DNA of 55,824 nucleotides, the filler included, from Streblomastix strix (taxonomy: Eukaryota): NCBI GenBank assembly GCA_008636045.1. It is 2 parts of 2 records of this genome, joined end to end, with 100 filler letters (N's around TTAATTAATTAA, not from the genome) between each part and the next. Parts side by side here need not be neighbours in the genome. Positions count along the whole stretch, not along the records: positions 1 to 27,930 come from SNRW01000137.1; 1 more part is not named here. One strand, 5' to 3'. The position numbers and the translations under genes are program-made. This document shows, in pieces, positions 12,587-24,184 of this stretch. Below the pieces are notes generated by a model. That model was not told where the DNA came from and did no database searches. It worked only from the letters and a program-made list of their open reading frames with translations. The stretch's first letter is position 1; each line of letters begins with the position of its first letter.

Positions 12587-14565
12587 TCATCCGCTCCTAA
12601 TTGATGAACCTCCTATTTCGCCAATAACATCCATACTTAATACTTATGGGTCTGGGTTATCATCAAAAGTTATACGAATAAATGCATCACATAAATAGTG
12701 CATGATAGGTGTCAACGCTACCTGATGTGGATCTGGGTAGCTTCGCATACCAATAAAATGTTTAAAATCATTCTAATTCAATGATGGATTTAATTGTGTT
12801 GTATCTACTATTCCTTTAGTCAAATTTACGTTTAAAATCACTTATATATTTGTCCTAGCACCAATTTTTGAAGAGTTATAGCCACGCATAAATGAGTCAT
12901 CAGTTGCCATCTTCCATGCAAGCATATATTTATTTGGGTATAATGTTTTTGTGGCTTTACTTCCATTAAATAATGTTGTGTTATAAAATATATTGAAATT
13001 TGTAGCTATATTACCTACAGGGTCAATTTATCCATAAAAATTGTTTTTATCATCAACATTTAAATTTTCAAAAGTAAGTGAATGGTATAAGTCCGATGGA
13101 GCACTTACAACATCCTAATTAACAAAACAGTCAAACATTTAGCTATTAGTTGTTTGGGCCAATGCTTTATACGATTATGGTATTAAATTCTTTTAATCAA
13201 CAACCAAATTAAAGTTATAAAATAGTATAGGGAAAAACCAAGTAGGATATTGTGGCATGGTAAATGTCATGAATAGTGCCTTTATATTAGCAAATGACAT
13301 TATACTTTACATACTACCAGAAACAGCCTAAAAACCACTGAAAAGAAAATTTGAAGATTAAGATCTTATAATATGTGTAGGGAAATTTATTATTCTTTAG
13401 GCTTATATCATCTGAATAATTGCCTCTTCATTTTCTATATTAAAACATACATTTTATATTTCTAGCTCTTCAAATTTAGCATCTGATATTTGACTGATGG
13501 ATTTTTATGGTAGTTTTGCATCAGCCGCAACATTTTACATATTAACGAGCCTAACATTATATAATGAATATGCCAGTGGGTCCTCATCTGCTTCTCTACA
13601 TAATAAATAAACAATGTCGGGCTTCTCTGTTGGAATCATTGCATAAGCCAGATGATTATTTTACATAACATCTGATTTGTTAAGCCATACAACTTTTAAA
13701 TCCTAAAGGAAATCCTACACCCATAGCTATAAGTATAATGATGCATAGTTTCTTGTCAGTACGGGGAAAGAGTTAAAAATGGGTTTAATTAGTTCAAATC
13801 TAATACACCGATAAAAGTTATATCATATGGAATCAGATAAAAATATGGTGTTACGGCAGCTGCTGCTTTATCTATTTCACAAAGTGGTATATCAATAAAT
13901 ACACCACAATGACGTTTGCCAGCAATGATGGATTCGAGTGATGAAACGCTGACGGAATTATTAGTGCATAAATCTGTTAATGAATTTGAACAAATCTCTG
14001 CTTAATCTCTTGCATAAATTGCTGTATTCCATAAGTTTCAAGCATCTCGTAAAATTGCAAACTAATTAAATGGTCCGCAAGCCGTGGAGAAACCAAGCTA
14101 AAACTTCAAATGTTAGCTATTTAAGGGACCATCACCATTTTTACCATAATACTTTTAATTATCTTATTCCATATTTGTGGTACTAGCTGCTAGTGGGTCA
14201 GTCTTTGCATTAAAATTAACCCTTCCATTTAATTGTTCAGGAGTAGCTCCTTAATCTTCACACCTATTTAATTAAGTGGCAAATATATTTGCTGGGATTC
14301 TTATAGTCCAATTTACTTAACATATTTATACCATTGAACAAGTTGCTGTTCCTCTAGCACCCAACGGCGCACGTGTATATCTAACACCTGATGATGTAAG
14401 CTAATTTACTGGCTAATCAAAAAATTATTGTTTAGAAATTGCGAAGGATTAGGCATGAATTGATAGTGTTTTTAACACCTCACCAAGTTGCATGTATCCA
14501 CTAATATAATCGGAGTGTTGCATTTTGGACAGTTTTTAAAGGTAGTCAGATGCTGAGAACGACAT
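12587..14565 (-). pseudogene. Putative major capsid protein (double jelly-roll candidate, ~660 aa)
   Basis: Largest beta-strand-rich non-enzymatic, non-fibre ORF of the element (MSFSASDYLQKL...GFSTACGPFNQF...LAWKMATDDSFMRGYN...HYLCDAFIRITFD). In-frame TGA at 14038-14040 and frameshift at ~13778. Fold is inferred from size and context. Confidence 0.6.
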
Positions 14566-14589
14566 TTTAATATTTTTAAAAATAATTAA

Positions 14590-14796
14590 ATTGGATTTTT
14601 CAGTGGTATAGCAAACATTTGAAGCAAAATTTTGGGAGGTATTAAACATGCTGCGTAGTGGGTAGCACCAAATCTTCATAAGGTACTTTCAACAATATCA
14701 GGCCCTGTAGGAATGATACACCGAGGAATTGGTGGAGCACTAGGTGCTGGGGCTAACCTTGCAGGAGCCATGGATCGACTCGTCAATCGTAAATGA
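14590..14796 (+). pseudogene. Small Gly-rich amphipathic-helix protein (~68 aa), candidate membrane-penetration peptide
   Basis: (M)GFFSGIANI*SKILGGIKHAAQWVAPNLHKVLSTISGPVGMIHRGIGGALGAGANLAGAMDRLVNRK. The start appears mutated (TAAATT for TAAATG) and there is a TGA at 14620. Confidence 0.6.
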
Positions 14797-14911
14797 TTTG
14801 CATTTTTTAAATAGGACAAAGTCCTATGAGAGAACCGAAACAAAAAAGTAAATAAGCGTTGAAGTTGCGTGATTAATTAGATATAAAACTTTTTATTTTT
14901 GTAAAATTAAA

Positions 14912-16915
14912 ATGATTACCTAAAATAATCCATTAACATAGCAACAAATCCGAACAGTTCGCCAACTTATCACTAATGATATAGCATATTATATATAGTA
15001 TTAAAAAAGAGGAAGCTCTAGCGGTGGAATGTTGCAAAATGATGAGTATTAACTGTTTATAGATAATGACAATGCACTAGTATATGCAGCTAATAATTAA
15101 ATAGTTGATGGTTATGCAGCTGATTATGCACTAAAAATAGTACCAAATGGATTGTTGACAATAAAGAATTTAAGGGTAATAAACTTTGATTTTGTTGCAT
15201 AAATTAACCAGTTAATTAATGAAGTAAATTAATTGCAGTCGTCAATTGGAGGGGTAGAATAAGATATTGATGAAATAAAGAGTGATATAAAAACTATTTA
15301 GTAAGAACTAGCGAGATAAATACATTTTAGAGGCTATTATTTACTAAATGCTGTCAAACAAAATTTGCCTAATTCAGCAAGTGGTGATTTTGCATTTAGT
15401 GCAGAAAGTGGAACAGTATGGATGTATGAAATGACAGGGTCCCCGCCTGTGGCTGATTGATATAATAGTGGTGATGTGGTCCCTGATTAGGTATACCCTG
15501 CCAGTGATGCGATTCCATAAAACTCTAATAGAAATGGAAGTGCAGGAACCAGTAATGAATATGCAAGAGGAAACCATCAACATCCTTTGTAAGTTTCAAC
15601 TATTTTACTTGCAAAAGATACTGCACATGGTAAAGCAGGTGTTGTTAGTACTTATGCCAGGTCTGACCATATGCATCATGTAAATTTAAGTAATGATATA
15701 CCACTAAAGGATACGGGAACAGGAACAGCAGGCATGGCTAATATATATACTAGTACTACACATTAACATCCATTAAATGTTGATACAATAACTGCAAATG
15801 TTCCGTTAGTAAATGCTACTGCAGCTGCTAATGGTACGAGTGATTTTTATAGTAGAAATGACCATGTCCATCCATAGTAATTGACTTATACAGGTCCATT
15901 AACTTCTACTATGTTTATTAAAAATGGAACTTAAGCAACTGATATATTACTCGCAGGTGGTGATTCAAAACCTACAACAGATATTGCAGGTGATGGGTTT
16001 GTGGCTAAAACAGGTAAAACATTGCAATCCGTAGAAAGTATTTCACGTCATAGTGACGATGATGAAGAGTCGGAGGATGATGAGGATTATATAACTAGGG
16101 GAACAATATATAATTAATATGTTTCTAAAGCATCACCAGATACAATAATAGGAAGAAAAATATTTAAAAATGACTTCTTTTAAATATAACCAGCATCATC
16201 AACAAACCTATTAATTTTATTCAAAAATAATAACAATATAATAGAGTAATTAATAAATAGTAATGAAATGATACTAACTTTAAATACTACCGATCCAGCT
16301 GGAACTCTATTATATATTAATTATCGGGGGAGTAGCTTAAGTTCATAATATCCTAATTCTAAATTAGATACTAAATATGTTTTAAATACTGGTTCATCTA
16401 CTTCATATGCAGGTGTTATTTCAGGTATTGTGTAAATTATTCCCACAACAACAGGAAGATTTGATGATGGATTGAGAATAGCTAGAACAGTATAAGATTA
16501 AAATGCAGGTAGCTTATCAATTGAATTTATATGCAGTAGAACATCAAACAGTGGAGCTATTTAAGGATAATGGGTTGTATATACACCATCAACCGCTGCA
16601 GTATAAGCACCTTAAAGTTTAATAATAGCTGTAGCAAATTAAGCTAGTGACATTACCAGAGGCTTATAAATATCTATTGATGGAAACACCCTATCTTTCA
16701 ATGACTAAGTTATTGCATAAACTAATCCAACTGCAGGATAAACTACAATATCCAGTTCATCAAGTGGAGCAACTAATGGGTCGGTTAATTACTCAGCTGG
16801 TAATCCTATCATATGGGGTGTAAATAGCGTAGATACAAATGGAGGATTTTACTGCGACGGTCCAAAAGTATATTGGCGTGCTAAGCCAATTACTTTAAGC
16901 GCTGTTCCTCCATGA
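14912..16915 (+). pseudogene. Long phage-like fibre protein (667 codons) with HxH repeats
   Basis: Coiled coil followed by four repeats EYARGNHQHP / TYARSDHMHH / IYTSTTHQHP / FYSRNDHVHP, then TDILLAGG, TIIGRKIF and a beta-rich C-terminus. Single in-frame TGA at 15458-15460. Confidence 0.75.
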
Positions 16916-17008
16916 CTCATTTCATTCGCACCTCGTGAGCTTCGCATGCTAATGCAAACATTAATTATTGGACTTATTTGCTATAAATTGTTATTTATTT
17001 TTAAATAA

Positions 17009-17413
17009 ATGACTTCGTGCAAAGATCCTATAAAATAATTGTTTAAAAAAGTAATTAAATAAAATTTTGAAAGTGATGATCCGATAAAAGCAACAATTGA
17101 TACGCTATAAAAATTATTAATAAAAGATAAAGAAATAATACAACACCCATTACTCTAAGAATTATACAGAATAAATAAGTAGTTCATGAATTAGTAAAGC
17201 AAATTGCTGCAAATAAAGCAGCATGCTGATGCAGAAGAATATAAAAATAAATTGTTCAACGAGCAAGAGAAATATTACAAAAATAAGTACAATTTTATTA
17301 AAAAACAACTGGATTAAAATAATTAGCCATAATAAATAATAAAAAAGTACATTATATCTGAAACAAAAGAGCTGGAAAAATAAATGTATAATGACTTCAT
17401 TAATGATATATGA
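17009..17413 (+). CDS. Viral hypothetical helical protein (134 aa)
   Basis: TAAATG start; open to TGA at 17411-17413. Confidence 0.65.
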
Positions 17414-17694
17414 AATAGTAGTTTGGTCAATTTTTATCAGATGAATTTAACCGCATCAATAAATTGAGGTATTAAATATATTCTATTATTTAGACTGTTT
17501 TATCTTGCAAAGATTCTAAAAAATAAAAATGACTTTTATACTATTGATACATTTATTTTTCTTATTCATTCATATGATTATTTTCTATTAATGCTTCAAA
17601 AATTTTGAAAATTTCATAGTCCGTAGCATTATATTATAGGCCAATGTTTGTTGCTAATTAATACAATTAATCCATTTATTTAAATACAAAATAA

Positions 17695-18713
17695 TCAATT
17701 TCGTAATATTTCATACTTGCTGAAAAGCTTGTTTAAAATAATAAATTCATATTTTTATAATGTAGAATATAACAGTAAAAACTCTTCAAAATCAAGGTTT
17801 TATATCGTGTTTTCTTCATATATTTGTTTTAAATCACTCTCTCCAAGATTAACCCCTATAGCTATTACATGGGATAATATCCTTGCAGTTTTAAACAAAT
17901 AACTTGGTCTTTATGCTATGAAAAATATGGTATTTTTTGAATGTCTTGAATCGATAACCAAATGGCTAATTGATTTAGCAAGTGAAGAATTAAAACGTTG
18001 GATATCGGCATTACTTCCAATATTATCAAAACGCATTAGTGTATTTAACAATTATGCTTTAAAAAGTACTGGTATTTTCATTGTTTTTATATCGGCTGTA
18101 TGTTTATCATCAATTACCTTCATTTTCTTTTCGTAGCAAATATTTTATATAAGTGCTGGAATATCAAACCGTAATATTTTTAATTGCTAGCTATATTTAT
18201 TAATGGTTTCTATAACATATTATTTGAATAAATCAGCTATTCGCTTTAAGTATACTTCTGGCTTTTCATTGTTTTTAGCCTCATTTTATTATATTATTTT
18301 TTCTTCGACTCTTTTTTTAAAATCACTGATATATTTGAAACCTTACTCATGCAATTTGTACCAAGTATATACTTCTTTTGTTGAATATTTTATTTCATCA
18401 AATTCTGGTAAAAACAACATTGCTTCCCCATATGTTATATTTGTTAGTGATATGTTTTTACTGTTAATATTTAATGCCATTGTCTCGTCAGCACCAAAAT
18501 TTGAAAAGTATAATATGTATAGATTGATTACTTTTTAGTATATTACTATTAGCTTGGACATTAATGTTGTTTTACCTGAACCAACAGCTCCAACAATATA
18601 ATGGTTTCCATTAATAAGCAATAAGGAGTTTTTGGTTAGTGGACGAGTTTTTTATATTCGTTTAATAAATCCTAGTTTGAAAATGTTATGTTTTGTATCT
18701 CTTGCAGTGTCAT
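17695..18713 (-). pseudogene. A32/FtsK-HerA-type genome packaging ATPase
   Basis: Walker A YIVGAVGSGKTT, degenerate Walker B LMRFDNIG, then DSRH and FFIAQRPSYLFKTAR. Probable 1-nt frameshift in an A-run at ~18650. Confidence 0.85.
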
Positions 18714-18730
18714 GTTTTTAAAATAATAAA

Positions 18731-19150
18731 ATGAACTTATTGAATTTGTTTATGAGTCTAATGAATTACATATTTTATGGCGTTAATTTTATTATATCTG
18801 TTTTGTCGGTATCAATACCTGAATAGCAGACTGATACCGTTAATTTAATTAAGAAATTATTGGGCTATTTTGATATTATACTTGTACCACTAAATATAAC
18901 GGTTTATGTTATATAATTTTTTTATAAAAGAAAAATGGAACCGGGACGACATAGTCGGACGCAAACCATTAACGATAGTGATTATTCGGGCGGCTCGATG
19001 CCTCGCCTTAAACATTGGAGCGAATTATCCGTATAACAAATAGAACAATTTTTGAATGATGTAATTTAATAAAAAGACTTGGAATTAGCGTAGCATTTTC
19101 GTTATATTTTATACCTTAAACTATTAAACTATCCATAAAAATAACCGGTA
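18731..19150 (+). CDS. Viral hypothetical protein with two hydrophobic N-terminal segments (3' end uncertain)
   Basis: MNLLNLFMSLMNYIFYGVNFIISVLSVSI...LLGYFDIILVPLNITVYVI; no TGA before it meets the polymerase gene. Confidence 0.5.
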
Positions 19151-19164
19151 AGATTTTTATTTTT

Positions 19165-22100
19165 TAATTTTATTATATTATCACTTGCTTTCAAAGCATA
19201 TATGTTAGGGCAACAGCTTTAATCACTGAGTAACACCATTTTTGTGTGTATTCCCGTAATTTCATTCTTTTCTGTAGCTAATTTTGACATTTAATAATTC
19301 TTTTAACCTAATCTCATATTGGTGCATTTTGTAATCGTTCCATTGGTTATATTATCAACTATTTAGTCTTAAGTAATTTTATTAGTATTTTGATTAACAT
19401 CTTTTAATTTTATTTTTTCCTTATCATTTACCTTCATACAATAGTTTTTTGGAGCCAATGCTATTATTTCTGGACCTTCTCTTTCAATCGCTAATCCGAG
19501 TATCTTTTTTTCATCCAACAAATCACCTTCAATAGTCGGGAAAAAATACTTGGCATTTTCGTCATAAAACTATTAATTTTTTATAACATATTTAAACTAT
19601 TATTTAATTCCGGCATTCTCATCGCCGCTGACCGCCCAATATGCCGAATCAGTATCTCCTTCTACAAAATGCAGCTTATCCATATCAAAACACTTATTCA
19701 TGAAATTATAAATGAAATTTAGGTACCAATACTTGGCATTGTCTAATACGAAATAAGCAACATTTAAAGGAGTTTTACATGCGCAAGTTTCTGGATACAT
19801 TTTTACAGCATAAACATCATCGCCAAGTTTCTAATCATCCATAAAAGTATTCGACAAATGGGCTTAAAGTGGTTGTTTTTTATTTATCATTTTTATTTTT
19901 GTAAATTTCTCAGGGTTTAAACCATCACTTCCATACGAACTATTCATATTGATTTTACAAAATTGTTCTAATCCTTTTTACCCTTCATTTTTTGCCTAAA
20001 TTCGTTGGCTAGAAAATTCTTTCACAAACACATTGAACTTGTCATGCTTTTCAAACAAAACCAACTATTTAACATCATCTATTATAAAGTGACAGTCATC
20101 AATTAAAAACCATAAATATTAGCTTGAAAATGACATATAACCATCCATCGTAGATATCAAATTTTTTAGTTTCCGCTATTTTTAATCTATTTTTATTCCG
20201 CTATCTTTCATATGCTCGTACATGTATCTTCCTATCGTTTGTTCATTAGTCATAAATTCATAATTCCTTAAAATTGGTGGGAAATTAATAAAATCATTCA
20301 AATAATTCTCATCAATATGCCCCTTAATTTCTGCAATAAATAGTTGTCCCCATTTATTATATCTATTTTAGTAATTTATTATATTGATTATTTTTAGTTT
20401 ATTTTCTTCGGAATTATTCAATATTTTACCAACAATAGACCCAGACATATACATTTTGCCACCAGTATATTTAATGAATTTATGAGGTTCCGATGACATG
20501 ATACTAGGATATAAAGAGTTGAAATCGATACCTATTATATGTGTTATTCTATGGTCTGATGTTAAAACTGTTATTGTTTTTGTCTCTTTATTATATCAAA
20601 ATTTTTTTATATAATCTTACCCTGCAACATTAACCCTATGCATCACATTAGACAAGCCTCCAGTTATGCCTTACCTGATTAGTTTATAAATATCAATGTC
20701 TGTTAAATTAGTTGGTAAGTGATTAAAGCTGCAAAATCTCCTTAATTGTATGAATAGTTTTTGAATGTTTTTGTCTTTATTCGAGCAAAAGGTATTACAA
20801 TACAAACAACACGGTTAAACATTATCCTTTGAATGACCCTTTTTATTATCAATTCTATCGAACGTTGGCTTATTGTTTAGTGTGAATTCGTCGCCACAAA
20901 TCGCACATTTATTATCTTGAAATAGTTGTTTGAAATAATCGAAATCTGAATCTTAAACGTTATTGGTTGTATTTCTTTTTTGCTGCAAATCCTACATTTT
21001 ATAATAATATGCTTTACTATTCCAATATTTCTATTATAAATCAAATTTTGGTGATTTATCAACTAATTTTGGATAATAACCATTTACGTTAAATTCTTTA
21101 TAAGCATGAGCGTATTTATTTGCATTAGCACACGCAGCCATTGACATAAAACTAAGCATATCGATGTCAAACTTCATATACGTTTATATCAAAGCATCAA
21201 TCGGTTCAATCATTATTTTAATGTCTTGTTCGTTATAATATTAAAGGTAATCCCATATGTTTTTGAATAATTTTGCAACTTACATATATTAGTCATATTC
21301 TTCTTATTTCATTGATGTATTTTTCAGAATAGATTTGAATGCTTCGATTGGAAATGGTTCTGACTAGTTTAAAATTTCTTTATAGTTATCAGTGTTTATA
21401 AATTCATAAGGAAATACACCTTTTTATCCATTAATTTCAGAATTAGAAGTTTGTGCAAATTCTTTTAAAGTAAATGGTACGTAATAAGACAGCAAATCAA
21501 TAAATTTAAGTTTGACGTCTAAGTGCTTATGTTAAACAACTATTTGCTTGGCTATTCCTGAACTACCAATATAACTTTTTATTTCCCAGTCAGCACATTA
21601 TAAATTCTTGAATATTAGCGAGAAATCAGACTTTGAACTATTGAATCCTATTACTGGTACCTCCACATTATATTGCATGTCTTTATCTATTATTCCCGTT
21701 GGGGTGTAATATTGATTATCTTACTATATGATGACTGCTTCATTGAACACCTGCTTTAACCATTGAGTTATAAAATCATTTCCATTTCGCAAGTTAGAAT
21801 ATATAGTGTGAATACCTTGTTTATTTTTAATAGTAGAAGCAACAGACAAAGGCACTAGTTCTGATATTAATTTGCTTGACTTTCCAAATTATTTATTAAC
21901 AATTTTTTCCACTGTTTCCAAGTCATATATTATATAGTATTATGTAGGCTTAAACTCTTTTTATCTTCCATGTGCCAATAGGTATTAGTATGTTTTGTTT
22001 TATTTGATATGTGAGCAAAAAGGTTTTGCAATTTAATCCAATTAAACAGTCTTGACCAATTTACCACCATTTTATTCACACTTTTTAGTATGTTTTTCAT

Positions 22101-23731
22101 AGTCTCTTAGGAAATTTTTGCTTTTAGTATCAAACTCTTTTGACTTGCAAAATGGACAAAATTTTAATCTAGTAAGTGCTTCCTTATTAGCTATAACAAA
22201 TGCGTGTTGCGCAAGTTTTCCGCCAATTTCTTCCTGAACGATTAATACATCATCGGTTGGAATATCATTTTATTGTTCATTCATTTCATCATGGTCGTAT
22301 TGGTCCTGTTCCTCATCAACATATTTAATTATATCACCCAAATAATAAACTTTGTGATCATCATCATAAAAGTATATATTCTAATTAATCGAAAACTTTT
22401 GCGTTATAATTTAGGAGTATTTCATAAAGTCTAAGCCTTCAAATGTTTTTAAAAATTCAGTCATTTATCTACTTTTTGCATCGAATGGTAGGTCTAATAC
22501 TTTAACAAGATACTAACGGCTAATGCTTATAATCGAATTTGATTTAATCCTTTTTTCTTTTTCATCATGATTTAATGCTCTGGCTAGTGCTTCCAAATAA
22601 CATATATTATTTTCTCCATCATTTTTATATAAAACTTTCTTATGTCCAACCCAATGTTTTTAAATCAATTCTTTCATACTTGACCCTACAACTACCTTTT
22701 ACAATTTAAATGTTTTAATCATCATCGAATAAATTGCTATATGACGTTCTTTTGTACTATCCAGATTATAATTTTACATGTCAATAATATCAGCCTTTAT
22801 ATATTGTTTGTATTCTTCTATATCTTCATGTGTCTATATATTCTTTGGTGCATGTGTTTAGGTTCTTGCTTCCCGTGGCAATAAATGATTGTAACTAACA
22901 ACTTCCTAACCATTTTTATCATAATCTAATTCTTCCACTATAATACCAAAATTGAATAGTATTTTAAATGCTCCATGATCTTATTTATTATAAATTGAAT
23001 CGACAAATTCTTCTATTTTTTCCCAAGAATCTATGTAATTTTCATAATATATTGGACTTATGCCATCGTCTGATGTGGTTTCTCTTTCACGTTAAAACTC
23101 AGACCTTGCACATCTAACCTCTGATGTAAATTTTTCGTTATCAATTGTTGGAAATAATAACAATGTTTCTGTCTCATTTTTAATTTAAATGATGTTTTCA
23201 TCTGCATTTTTTCTAATTTTATCGTATATTTCTTTGTTCTATTATTAGCTTGTAAAATATAATGGAAGAATAAAATGCTCTTATATTTTTTTAAAATTCT
23301 CTGGTTTTGTAAATTTCTTTGACTATTATAATAGCTTCAAATCATGTCCTTCATTCATTATTCGTTTTGCTTCTTCGGCTTATTATCTTTGTTAATCAGT
23401 CCAAAATATATCTGCTTCCTATTGTTCTTATTCTCTTCTATATTCCTATAAATCTTATTCATATTAGTCATTTCTATCAACCGTTCTTTTAATCTAATAA
23501 CGTTATAATCTAGCTTATTATAGTCTTTATTCATATGCGTTTCAGCGGGCTACATGTTCCGTTTTAAATGAGCTGATTTTATTATAATTATTTTTTCCTT
23601 AATCATAATGTCGAAAAGATAAATAACCATTCAATTTTTATCTTAATTGTGGAACCTTTAGTTTTTTATCAAAATTTAAGCTAATAAATTTTTATTAATT
23701 ATATAAATTATTATTTACGAAGGAGGGCCAT
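19165..23731 (-). pseudogene. polB: Protein-primed family B DNA polymerase with N-terminal TP/vOTU-like region and internal HNH-like insertion
   Basis: ExoI YDLETVE, ExoII GFNSSKSD, ExoIII YYNEQD, ITGG, motif A DFNSLYPS, motif B KINMNSSYG, motif C EGDTDS. In-frame TGAs at ~20596 and ~23542 and a frameshift near the start. Native stop not evident, so the 3' end is approximate. Confidence 0.95.
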
Positions 23732-23785
23732 TTATTTAAAATTAAAATGTGTAAAAATAAATTTGGAAAGAGAAAAAAATATGAC

Positions 23786-24109
23786 TCAAAATGTTATTTA
23801 ATGCTCATCAATAAAGTTATCAAACTCCTACTATAATTATGGGTACGCATTATACAAAACTTTTATTGTTTCCAGGTTGTTTTCCATTATTTTTATATAA
23901 TATTTTATTTGTTCTTTTGCATTGTTCACCACTTCATCAATTGTATAAATAATAGTATGCAAATTAACTCCTATTGTTCCTTAACATTAGTTAGTATAAT
24001 TTGATGGATTTTAAACCTGTTTTTCAAACCTTTTTAAGTCCTATAATGCTGTGCTATAATGTAGTACTGATAGTTCAAAAGTCGTCAAAACTTTATTTAA
24101 TTTATCCAT
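23786..24109 (-). pseudogene. Small viral helical protein, probably frameshifted
   Basis: TAAATG start MDKLNKVLTTFEL...; the C-terminal part reads best in a shifted frame ending at TGA 23786-23788. Confidence 0.5.
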
Positions 24110-24184
24110 TTATTTTAAATTAAAAATTATCATTAATAGCCGTAGGCTTACGACTTCCTACGGAAAGCCCGCATGCTGACTAAC

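Noticed and set aside
17420..17675. Small minus-strand ORF after the ATPase (TAAATG start)
   Set aside because: Several TGAs and no recognisable motif; possibly a dead gene but unsupported.
12587..23731. General UGA=Trp recoding suggested by TGAs at Trp-like positions (15458, ~20596)
   Set aside because: TGG is used at conserved Trp sites, other TGAs align with Gly/Gln/Glu, and the same genes have frameshifts, so decay is the simpler explanation.
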